Source: Acidimicrobiales bacterium
GTDB lineage: Bacteria > Actinomycetota > Acidimicrobiia > Acidimicrobiales > Palsa-688
Length of the DNA stretch: 64,000 nt
Direction of reading: 5' to 3'
NCBI GenBank assembly: GCA_052325485.1
Contig: JBKQUU010000042.1
Location: forward strand, 1,946 to 65,945
This document shows, in pieces, positions 46,189 to 54,226 of this stretch (the stretch's first letter is position 1; the number at the start of each line of letters is the position of its first letter). The position numbers were made by a program, and so were the translations under genes. The notes below the pieces were generated by a model. That model was given only the letters and a program-made list of their open reading frames with translations, searched no databases and was not told where the DNA came from.

Positions 46189-46216
46189 TGACGCTCCTAT
46201 CTACCAGGTTGGTTCC

Positions 46217-46232
46217 GTGCACATATGTGTAC
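46217..46232. promoter_or_regulatory. AT-rich near-palindrome (candidate operator) upstream of the ABC/IclR/hut array
   Basis: gtgcacatatgtgtac, with a perfect 10-bp palindromic core cacatatgtg at 46220-46229. It lies about 30 nt upstream of the SBP start in an otherwise GC-rich sequence. Confidence 0.3.
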
Positions 46233-46326
46233 AGCATGCCTAGTTCTGCAAGGATGCATCTTCTACCGGCCCCGGACCGATGTCAAGGCGGCCGCCCAGT
46301 ACTTAATACGCCCGTAACCGACGTGG

Positions 46327-47322
46327 CTACAGTACGGCGATCGGGTTGACGGGCGAACCGGTCCCACCGGGCACGATCAGAGGCGCCACCACCAGGAGGA
46401 ACTCGAACGAGCCGACTTCGGCGCAGGCCTCGCTCAAGCCCTCGAGGTCGAGGTTGTCGAGCAGGCACATGCCCATGGCGTTGATGGCCAACGCGTGGAC
46501 CGGTCCGCCCACGCCCTCGACGGGGCTCGGCCGGGCGTCGCTGTCGCCGTCCCCGCCGAGGATGGCGATCTGGCGTTGGGCCAGCCACTCCATGGACGTG
46601 ACAGCCAGGCCGGCCCCGGCCAGGTCAGGGTCCCAGGGGCCCAGGGCGCGGCGACGACGCATCTGCCCGCTGCGCAACAGCACGGCATCACCTCGACGCA
46701 CCTCCACGCCCAGAGATGCGGCAATGTCCTCCAGGTCGCTCGGGCCTAGCGCCGCGGGTGGTTCCACCCAGCCCACCCCTCGGGCGCGCGCCGCGTCGAG
46801 AAGGACGCCCCGGGCCACCACGCCCTGCGCCAGACGGGACACGGGGGCAAACGACGAGCCCGTGGAAACCACCACGTCGCCAGCGGGCTTGCCGTTGTAA
46901 AGCATCCCCTTGTAGGCGATGTGGGGCAGGGCATCGAGGTGGCTGGCCGACTTGCCGTGGAAGTCGACCCCGATGAAGTCGGCGTAGTACGTCGGCTCGT
47001 CTGCTCTCCGGTCGCCCATATGCGTCATGTAGTGCAGAGCAGGCCGGCCGTTGTCGGGGCCGGCGACGGTGTCCAGCGGCCGGCCAAGCGCCACCCGCCG
47101 GCCCGTCTTTACCAGTTTGGCTGCTTGCACCACCTCGGCCTGGCCCAGGAAGTTCAGGGTCCCGAGCTCGTCGTCGTCTCCCCAGCGGCCCCAGTTTTTC
47201 AGCCTCTCGAAGAGGCGGTCGAACTCCTCGTAGCTCACGCGGTCGCTCTCCATGGTCCCAATTATGGGCCACGCGACGCCACGTGGCGAGGTCCGTGGGC
47301 GACCGAGGGCGGTTACCATCAC
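46327..47322 (-). CDS. cyclase-family protein (kynurenine formamidase-like fold)
   Basis: NWGRWGDDDELGTLN and GVDFHGKSASHLDALPHI (HxGTHxDxPxH-like). Start at 47322 (ATGA overlap) or at the internal ATG 47253. Confidence 0.75.
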   Translation of the reverse strand: MMVTALGRPRTSPRGVAWPIIGTMESDRVSYEEFDRLFERLKNWGRWGDDDELGTLNFLGQAEVVQAAKLVKTGRRVALGRPLDTVAGPDNGRPALHYMTHMGDRRADEPTYYADFIGVDFHGKSASHLDALPHIAYKGMLYNGKPAGDVVVSTGSSFAPVSRLAQGVVARGVLLDAARARGVGWVEPPAALGPSDLEDIAASLGVEVRRGDAVLLRSGQMRRRRALGPWDPDLAGAGLAVTSMEWLAQRQIAILGGDGDSDARPSPVEGVGGPVHALAINAMGMCLLDNLDLEGLSEACAEVGSFEFLLVVAPLIVPGGTGSPVNPIAVL

Positions 47323-48494
47323 CAGTCCGAGACCGAACCGTCCTCTCGGTGCAGGACTTTAAACCCGCCGGGGCGGAACGGGAGCTCCTGAACCGCTTCC
47401 TCGTCCAGCTCGACCCCCAGGCCCGGCGAACCGCCCGAGTACAGGTTGCCCCCTTCGAGGCGCATGTCGGTACGGACCACATCGGCGAGGACGCCCGGTC
47501 GCCAAGTGAGCTCTTGGACGGCGAAGAGGGGCGTCGAAAGGTCGAAATGCAGGCACGCGGCGGTCGCCACCGGCCCCAGCGGGTTGTGTGGCACCTGCTC
47601 GATGTAGTGAGTTTCGCACCAACCGGCCAGCTTCCGGCTCTCGGTCAGTCCCCCGCATATGCATAGGTCGACCCGGCAGTAGTCGATCAGGTCCCGCTCG
47701 ATCAGCTCGCGCCAGTCCCATTTGCTCGCCAGCTGCTCCCCCGTAGCCAGCGGGACCGGTACCTGGGCGCGAAGGTAGGCGAACTCAGCGGCGTTCTCCG
47801 CCCGGACCGGGTCCTCGATGAAGAACGGCCTCATGGGGGCCAGCTGACGGGCCAGTTGGACGGCGTAGGCAGGCGTGGTCCGTTGATGGAAGTCCACGCA
47901 GATCTCGATGTCGAGCCCGAGGGCGTCGCGTAGCGAGCCGAAGGCCTCGACCGTCCAAGCGAGCGCGTCGGCCTGCTCCAGTACGCCCGCGCTCATCAGT
48001 CCGCGGGTCTCGCCCGCCCCGAACCGGACGAAGCGCCACCCGTGGGCCACCTGCTGCTTTGCGTACTCGACCATTTGGGCTATCCCCGCATAGGTAGCGC
48101 CCTCGGTGCTGCCCTGAACATGGCAGTAGCAGCGGGCGTAGTCTCGCACCCGCCCACCGAGCAGGTCGTACACAGGGGCCCCGAGGACCTTGCCCCGCAG
48201 GTCCCACAGCGCCAGGTCGATGGCGGCGACGGCCGCCGAGTGGATGTGGCCGCCCCGAAAGAACTGACCGCGCCAAAGCGTCTGCCAGATGTGCTCGATC
48301 CGCGACGGGTCCATCCCTACGAGGATGGGGCGGTAGGTGTCGACCAAGGCCTGGACAGCCAGCTCTTTCCAGGTGACACCCGCCTCCCCGAGCCCGGTCA
48401 GGCCCTCGTCGGTGTAGATTTTGACGAAGGTATAGTTGCGCTCGGGACGTTTCTCGTCATGGACGAGGAACGTCTTGACGTCGGTGATCTTCAT
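47319..48494 (-). CDS. enolase-superfamily enzyme (mandelate racemase/muconate lactonizing, sugar-acid dehydratase-like)
   Basis: MKITDVKTFLV...YTDEGLTGLGEAG, ICVDFHQR, FIEDP, LATGEQL. ATG at 48494. Confidence 0.85.
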   Translation of the reverse strand: MKITDVKTFLVHDEKRPERNYTFVKIYTDEGLTGLGEAGVTWKELAVQALVDTYRPILVGMDPSRIEHIWQTLWRGQFFRGGHIHSAAVAAIDLALWDLRGKVLGAPVYDLLGGRVRDYARCYCHVQGSTEGATYAGIAQMVEYAKQQVAHGWRFVRFGAGETRGLMSAGVLEQADALAWTVEAFGSLRDALGLDIEICVDFHQRTTPAYAVQLARQLAPMRPFFIEDPVRAENAAEFAYLRAQVPVPLATGEQLASKWDWRELIERDLIDYCRVDLCICGGLTESRKLAGWCETHYIEQVPHNPLGPVATAACLHFDLSTPLFAVQELTWRPGVLADVVRTDMRLEGGNLYSGGSPGLGVELDEEAVQELPFRPGGFKVLHREDGSVSDW

Positions 48495-48608
48495 CGTGGG
48501 GCGCCGTCCCTTCCCTATTGCGACCGGTGCTGATGCTACCCAAGGTGACCCGATGAGCACGCTGACCCCAACGAGGCCAAATGAGCCGACCGCCCGGCTA
48601 GGCGAACG

Positions 48609-49409
48609 ATGAGCGCTGGACGTAGCCCTGTCGCCGTAGTGACCGGAGCGGCCCGAGGGCTGGGGCGGGTCATTGCCATGACGCTGGCCAAGGAAGGGTA
48701 CGACGTCGCATTGGTGGACGTGGCTGACCTCGGGGCCGTCGCCGCCGAGGTCGCACAGGGCGGGGGCGCGGCTTGGCCGTGGAGGGCCGACGTGGCCGTC
48801 GAAACAGACGTGCTCGAGTTGGCGGTGGCGTTCCGGGAGCGCTTTGGCCAGGTTGACGTCCTGGTCAACAACGCCGGGATTTCGCTGATCGCCCCGGCCG
48901 AGAACACGTCGACAGACGCCTGGCGGAGGGTGCTCGACGTCAACCTCACCGGGCCTTTCTTGCTCTGCCGGGAGTTCGGTGCCCTCATGCTGTCGGCAGG
49001 CTCAGGCTCGATCGTCAACGTGGCGTCGGTTGCCGGACTTCGGGCTGTGTCGCACCGCGTGGCCTACAACGCTTCCAAGCACGGCCTCATCGGTCTCACC
49101 TCCACCCTGGCCGCTGAGTGGGGGGGCCGCGGAGTGCGGGTGAACGCCGTGTGCCCCGGCTGGGTAAAGACCGAGATGGACGCCGAAGACCAGGGCGGAG
49201 GTGCCTACACCGACAGCGACATCACCGGCCAGGTGCCCATGGCCCGTTTCGCCACTCCCGCCGACGTGGCCATGGCCGTGGCCTTCTTGGCCGATGCCTC
49301 AAAGAGCGGGTTTATAAACGGGGTGGCCCTGCCCGTCGACGGCGGCTGGTCCGCCGACGCCAGCTGGACCTCCTTGCGCCTAAAGGCCCGCCGACCGCTC
49401 GATCGGTAG
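48609..49409 (+). CDS. SDR-family oxidoreductase
   Basis: VTGAARGLGR, NNAGI, YNASKHGLIGLT, PGWVKT. Confidence 0.9.
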   Translation: MSAGRSPVAVVTGAARGLGRVIAMTLAKEGYDVALVDVADLGAVAAEVAQGGGAAWPWRADVAVETDVLELAVAFRERFGQVDVLVNNAGISLIAPAENTSTDAWRRVLDVNLTGPFLLCREFGALMLSAGSGSIVNVASVAGLRAVSHRVAYNASKHGLIGLTSTLAAEWGGRGVRVNAVCPGWVKTEMDAEDQGGGAYTDSDITGQVPMARFATPADVAMAVAFLADASKSGFINGVALPVDGGWSADASWTSLRLKARRPLDR

Positions 49410-49570
49410 GGGCGCGGCGCGGTGACCAAGGGGCCCCGGCCTAGCACAAAACCTTAAGGAATCGGCAGGATTTGACGATCCTTGAGTCACGGAGGGACGG
49501 AAGGACCCGCCCCGGGCACTTCCATGCCCGTGCATGGAGAGCCCACGCCGATCATGGAAGAGAGGACACC

Positions 49571-50002
49571 TTGAGGTTCAACAAGAAAGGCCTAGCGGCA
49601 GTGATCGCCCTGACCGGGCTCGCCATAGCGGGAGGAGCGGCCTTCACTGCCGGCAACGACCCTACTGCCCTGCAGAACAACGGCTACGAGGTCGCCGGCT
49701 ATGGCAAATTAACCGTGACGGGGGCGACGCTCGTCTCCCTCAACTACACCCTGGACGGCAACGACCCGACAAGCGTGACAGCGGTGACCTTCGTTACGGC
49801 CGGTGACACTTCGGAGGCCCAGGGTTATGTCGGTTTCAACGGCACCGGGACGGTCGGCGCAGCCTGCACCGGCCACTATGACAGCGACACTACGTACACG
49901 ACGTACCTCAGCTGCGCTCTTCCGACCCCAGGGACCGAGCTCGTCCAAGACATCAGCAGCACCGACTTGACGGTGGCCCCCAGCCAATCGGTCCCCAGCT
50001 AA
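49571..50002 (+). CDS. small secreted protein with a SipW-cognate (TasA/camelysin-like) signal peptide
   Basis: TTG at 49571 follows GAGAGGA. N-terminus is KKGLAAVIALTGLAIAGGAAFTAGND (compare the TasA-type ...GGTWAAFND). The mature part is Thr/Gly-rich and beta-like with two Cys. It sits directly upstream of a SipW-type peptidase. Confidence 0.55.
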   Translation: MRFNKKGLAAVIALTGLAIAGGAAFTAGNDPTALQNNGYEVAGYGKLTVTGATLVSLNYTLDGNDPTSVTAVTFVTAGDTSEAQGYVGFNGTGTVGAACTGHYDSDTTYTTYLSCALPTPGTELVQDISSTDLTVAPSQSVPS

Positions 50003-50115
50003 TCGACCCTGAGCTAACCGAGTGGTCTGAGCCACGAGATTTTCGTTAGTTATTGGCAAGGTGAAGGCGTTGGCGTCAGCCTGGACGCGGTCGCCTCCGC
50101 CCCGGAAAGGCGAAC

Positions 50116-51930
50116 ATGCCCCGACGACGACGGCTTGGCGCGATGGGAACAGTCGCCGCGGGGGCCGTGGTCGGTTTGGTCCTCGCCCTTCTCAGCGGCG
50201 TCGTGTCAGTCGTGGCCACGCACGGTACGAGCATGCTGCCAATGTTCCAGGCCGGTGATCTGGCCGTGCTGTGGGCGTCGGGCAGCTACCACGTCGGCCA
50301 GGTCGTCGCCTACCAAAGCCCGCTCCTGCACACGACCGTCCTGCACCGCATAGTTGCCCATCGCGGAGGCCTTTACACCTTCAAGGGGGACAACAACGCC
50401 TTCGTCGACCCGCTGCGGCTCCCGGCCAACGCCATAAAGGGGGCGCTGTTGTGGCGTATCCCCCGGGCCGGTGCGTGGTTGATCTGGCTGAAAGACCCCC
50501 TCCACCTGGGCTTGGTGCTCGGGGGACTGCTGGTCCTACTCGGGACCGAGGCTCCGGCGGTGAGGTGGCGAGCCGGCGCACGCGCCCGCCGGACGACCAT
50601 GCTCACGGGGCCGACGACCGAGCCGTCAACGCTCAAAGCCTCCGATGTCGCCTTGCCGCTAGCCGTAGCGGTGGCTTTCGCCGCCATCGGCGGGGTCGCC
50701 TGGTCCCGACCGCAGGCCCGCCGGACCTCGGCCCCGGTCTCCTATAGCGAGCGGGTGAGCTTCAGCTACGCCGCTCGTGTGGCCCGGAGCATGGTCTACC
50801 CGGACGGGACCGTGCGTACCGGCCAGCCCATCTTCTTGACCCTGGTCAGTTCCATCGACATCAGCGCCCACTTCGGGTTCTCCACCACCGCCCGGCACAC
50901 TCGCCTGACGGGGAGCATGGGCGAGACGGTGAGCCTGGTCTATGGGACGGGCTGGAGCAGCGTGCTCGAGCAGCTCCCCCCAGTGGCCCTGCGCTCGTCG
51001 CAGGCCACAACCAGCGTGACCGTCAACCTGGCCGGCGTGGCTCAGACACTCGCGGCGGCGGACAAGACAACAGGCGTCGAGGCGGCCATGCCCACCCTGG
51101 TCGTCGCTCCCGTTGTCACCTTCCGGGGAAGTGTCATCGGCCAACCCATCTCCGCTCGCTACGCCCCCTCGTTGTCGTTTGACGTGAGCAACCTCGAGCT
51201 CAGCTTGGTGAACCAATCGAGCGCCGGGTACTCGGTCACTTCCTCCGAACTTCGGCAGTCCCAGACCGGCTCGGTCCCCAGGCATGTGCTCCGGCCGGCG
51301 ACCATGACCATCATGGGCCGACCAGTCCGGGTCGGCGCCGTGCGCGACGTGGCGGGAGCGGGCGTGGCCGCCTCGTTGGTCGTGGTCCTGGCCATGGTCG
51401 GCTGGGCACGGCGGCGCAGCCGCCAGGGCGAGAGCGCCCGGATCGAGGCCCGCTATGGGCCCGACCTCATCGGTGTGCGCACCAACCCCGAGGACGACAA
51501 GCACAGTGTCGTCGACGTCGTGGGGATCTCGGCCCTGGCCAAGGTGGCCAAGGCCTACGGGTCGTTGATCCTGGACCACCACGAGGACGGCGGCCACAGC
51601 TACTACGTCGACGCCGGGACGGTGATCTACAGGTACCGGCCCGGCTCGGCCGTAACGCGCCAGGAACAGTACGGGGCGGGGCACCATCGAGACAGCGCCA
51701 GCCCGCTGACCAGCCGGCTAGGGCAACGCGCCTCGAGGCCGCCGTACCGCCGTTTGGCGCCCTCGCCGTGGGATTTCGAGGTCGCCCCCCTCGCCGCTAG
51801 ACGGGACGGTAACCCCGTCGGCGCTGAGAAGCCATCGACGAGGGGCCGGTGGCCGGCACGCCCAGGGCGTCATGTGCCTTCCGCCAGGCGCCGGTCGGGT
51901 ACGAACCACAGCAGCGAGACGCTGACATAG
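50116..51930 (+). CDS. signal peptidase I (S26, archaeal/ER SipW type) fused to a long membrane-anchored C-terminal extension
   Basis: THGTSMLPMFQAGD (Ser), VLHRIV (His), FKGDNNAFVDP. At least three further hydrophobic helices and about 250 aa of extracytoplasmic-looking sequence. The last 100 aa or so are Arg/Pro-rich, and the last 61 nt (51870-51930) overlap the convergent gene, so the 3' end is uncertain. Confidence 0.7.
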   Translation: MPRRRRLGAMGTVAAGAVVGLVLALLSGVVSVVATHGTSMLPMFQAGDLAVLWASGSYHVGQVVAYQSPLLHTTVLHRIVAHRGGLYTFKGDNNAFVDPLRLPANAIKGALLWRIPRAGAWLIWLKDPLHLGLVLGGLLVLLGTEAPAVRWRAGARARRTTMLTGPTTEPSTLKASDVALPLAVAVAFAAIGGVAWSRPQARRTSAPVSYSERVSFSYAARVARSMVYPDGTVRTGQPIFLTLVSSIDISAHFGFSTTARHTRLTGSMGETVSLVYGTGWSSVLEQLPPVALRSSQATTSVTVNLAGVAQTLAAADKTTGVEAAMPTLVVAPVVTFRGSVIGQPISARYAPSLSFDVSNLELSLVNQSSAGYSVTSSELRQSQTGSVPRHVLRPATMTIMGRPVRVGAVRDVAGAGVAASLVVVLAMVGWARRRSRQGESARIEARYGPDLIGVRTNPEDDKHSVVDVVGISALAKVAKAYGSLILDHHEDGGHSYYVDAGTVIYRYRPGSAVTRQEQYGAGHHRDSASPLTSRLGQRASRPPYRRLAPSPWDFEVAPLAARRDGNPVGAEKPSTRGRWPARPGRHVPSARRRSGTNHSSETLT

Positions 51931-52511
51931 CAAGCGTAGGCCAGGTACGGGCTGACGAACGCCAGCCCGAGACCGACCACGTACATCACCGGCGAAATGA
52001 TCCCCTTGATGTCCTTGCCGACTGCGGCGCCGATGCCGGCGTCGTCGGAGTTCGCTCGCAGGATGGCTCGTACGAGGGCAAAGTACGCTAGAGCAGCACC
52101 GAGGGCGACAACGCCGTAGGTGGCCGCCGGGAGGGTGCGAGCGTGGGCAGTCCCGACCCACTCGGTGGCAAAGGGGATAATCGACAGCCAAAACAGCAGG
52201 TGCATGTTCGTCCACATCACCGCGGCATTGATGCGCCCGGTCGCACGCAGCAGGTGGTGATGGTTGTTCCAGTAGATGCCGATGACCGTGAAGCTCAGGA
52301 TGTAGACCAGCAAAGAGGGCAGTCGACCGGCGAGCCCGTGGAGCGTGGCCGTGACCGGGGTCTTCAGGTCGAAGGCCATGATCGTGATGATCACAGCCAT
52401 CACGCCGTCGCTGAACGCCTCGAGGCGATGGGTGTCGATGCCCTTGCCTCCGTCCGGCGAGGGGGCCCCCGCTCCGGTCGCGCCGTCGCTCATCGGCACC
52501 GTCCGGGCCAC
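51870..52511 (-). CDS. TMEM175-family (DUF1211) potassium channel-like membrane protein
   Basis: RLEAFSDGVMAVIITIMAFDL signature (RxxxFSD), plus six hydrophobic helices. Start at GTG 52511 or ATG 52493. Confidence 0.85.
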   Translation of the reverse strand: MARTVPMSDGATGAGAPSPDGGKGIDTHRLEAFSDGVMAVIITIMAFDLKTPVTATLHGLAGRLPSLLVYILSFTVIGIYWNNHHHLLRATGRINAAVMWTNMHLLFWLSIIPFATEWVGTAHARTLPAATYGVVALGAALAYFALVRAILRANSDDAGIGAAVGKDIKGIISPVMYVVGLGLAFVSPYLAYACYVSVSLLWFVPDRRLAEGT

Positions 52512-52713
52512 CGCCCGGCCCGTGCTGGATAGGTCCGTCCGGCCTCATGCCCCATCGGACCATGATGGCGTACCAGGGCTGGTGGCGGGCCTGCCCTTGG
52601 TCGTCTTTAGCGGCTTTGCTCGTTGGGCTCGTCAGTGGCCGGTCGGGATCCTCGGTGGCGCCGGCACCATCTTGTACGGTCTTAGTTGAGGGTCACCGAC
52701 CGGAGAAGGGACC

Positions 52714-53196
52714 ATGACGACTACGACTGACCACCACGTTGAAGTGCTCACCTGGGAAGTTTTCGGGGTTGCTAGCCGGCAGCTCGCCGTCAATGTGGCG
52801 GAGACCGGGTACCGGCCTGACCTCATCTTGGCCATCGCCCGGGGTGGGCTCCCCGTCGGTGGCGCGCTCGGCTACGCCCTCGGCGTGAAGAACTGCGCCG
52901 CGATCAACGTGGAGTTTTACACGGGCGTCGGTGAAAGGATGGAGGTCCCGGTGGTGCTGCCGCCGACGCCGCCGCTGGTGGACCTGGCCGGCCTCAAAGT
53001 TCTCGTGGCCGACGACGTGGCGGACTCGGGTATTACCCTGGCCTTGATCGGCGACCTCGTCCGTCCCCATGTCAAAGAACTGCGTAGTGCGGTGCTGTAC
53101 AAGAAGCCGTGGTCGGCAGTGGCCCCTGACTACTGCTGGGCCAGCACCGATGGCTGGATCGATTTCCCCTGGTCATCACAACCCCCGGTCATTTGA
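52714..53196 (+). CDS. phosphoribosyltransferase (purine PRT-like)
   Basis: LILAIARGGLPVG and PRPP-binding VLVADDVADSGITL. ATG follows GGAGAAGGG. Confidence 0.8.
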   Translation: MTTTTDHHVEVLTWEVFGVASRQLAVNVAETGYRPDLILAIARGGLPVGGALGYALGVKNCAAINVEFYTGVGERMEVPVVLPPTPPLVDLAGLKVLVADDVADSGITLALIGDLVRPHVKELRSAVLYKKPWSAVAPDYCWASTDGWIDFPWSSQPPVI

Positions 53197-53270
53197 CCGG
53201 GCCTGGGTGCCGGTGAGTAGGTGACCACCTGGCGGGCGGGAACTCTGGTATCGGCGCGGCTGGTGAGGAC

Positions 53271-53862
53271 GTGGCCGATGCTCCGGCCCCGACGCCGGCG
53301 ACGGTCTTGGACGCCATAGCCAACACCCCGCTCGTGCGTGTCGACGGGGTATGGGCGGAGCTCGAATGCCTCAACCCTTCAGGTTCGATCAAGGCACGGA
53401 CCGCGAAATATATGATCGAACGGGCAGAGCACGAGGGGCTGTTGCGACCCGGCGGCACCATCGTCGAAGCCAGCCGCGGCAATACAGGCAACGCCATGAG
53501 CATGGTCGCCGCTGCCAAGGGTTGCCGGATGATCGTTATAATGCCCAAGGGGGTGCGCGTTGAGAGGACGGCCATATCGCGAGCCTTCGGCGCCGAAGTA
53601 ATTGGGCGCCGAGATCCTGGCCCAACTTCCGGCCGGCGTGCTCCCGGACGCCGTCGTCGGGGGGGTCGGGACCGGCGGGACGATCGTAAGCGTGGGCCAG
53701 TGCTTCCGGGAGCGTAACCTCGATCGCCGTATTGTGGCCGTTGAGCCGAACGAGTCGTGCGCTCTTATGTGCGGGGAAATTGGCCGCCATTTGACCGAGG
53801 GGATTCGCCGACGGGTTCGTCCCCGGAATTTTCGCCCGCCAACTCTAGGTTTGCAGCTCTAG
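53271..53862 (+). pseudogene. disrupted cysteine synthase / CBS-family (PLP fold type II) gene remnant
   Basis: Frame 1 (53271..53717): PLVRV...LNPSGSIKARTA (PLP Lys), SRGNTGNAMSMVAAAKGCRMIVIMP, then non-homologous Arg/Gly-rich sequence. Frame 2 (53602..53862): VVGGVGTGGTIVSVGQ...IVAVEPNES...H.TEGI. A frame switch, a missing internal segment and a missing C-terminus are implied. Confidence 0.65.
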
Positions 53863-53872
53863 AGAGGCTGAC

Positions 53873-54148
53873 GTGACCGATCTCGACGCTGGTGGCCCCA
53901 TGGTCGGCCCGGCGCGTCGGCGCGTGTTGGCGGACGAGGTGGCAGACACAATTCGGGACGTCATTTTTGCCGGCCGGACAGATCTCGGGCAACGGCTCGT
54001 CGAGGAAGAGCTGGCATCCATGTTGAACGTCAGCCGCGGCCCCGTGCGCGAAGCGCTCGTGCTGCTTTCCCAGGAAGGCCTCGTCCACACGGAGCGTCAC
54101 CGGGGGGCGGCGGTCGAGGCGCAGCGGCGAACTTTGGTGAGAGGATAG
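53873..54148 (+). CDS. GntR-family winged-HTH domain only (91 aa, lacks an effector domain; possibly truncated)
   Basis: VADTIRDVIFAGRTDLGQRLVEEELASMLNVSRGPVREALVLLSQEGLV is a GntR N-terminal signature. The ORF stops about 20 aa after the HTH. Confidence 0.6.
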   Translation: MTDLDAGGPMVGPARRRVLADEVADTIRDVIFAGRTDLGQRLVEEELASMLNVSRGPVREALVLLSQEGLVHTERHRGAAVEAQRRTLVRG

Positions 54149-54226
54149 TAACCTCAGGGCTTCCTGGCCGTCTTTCGATCGGCAATAATGGGGGAACACT
54201 TTGACTGCCAAGAAAGGGGGAGTGGC

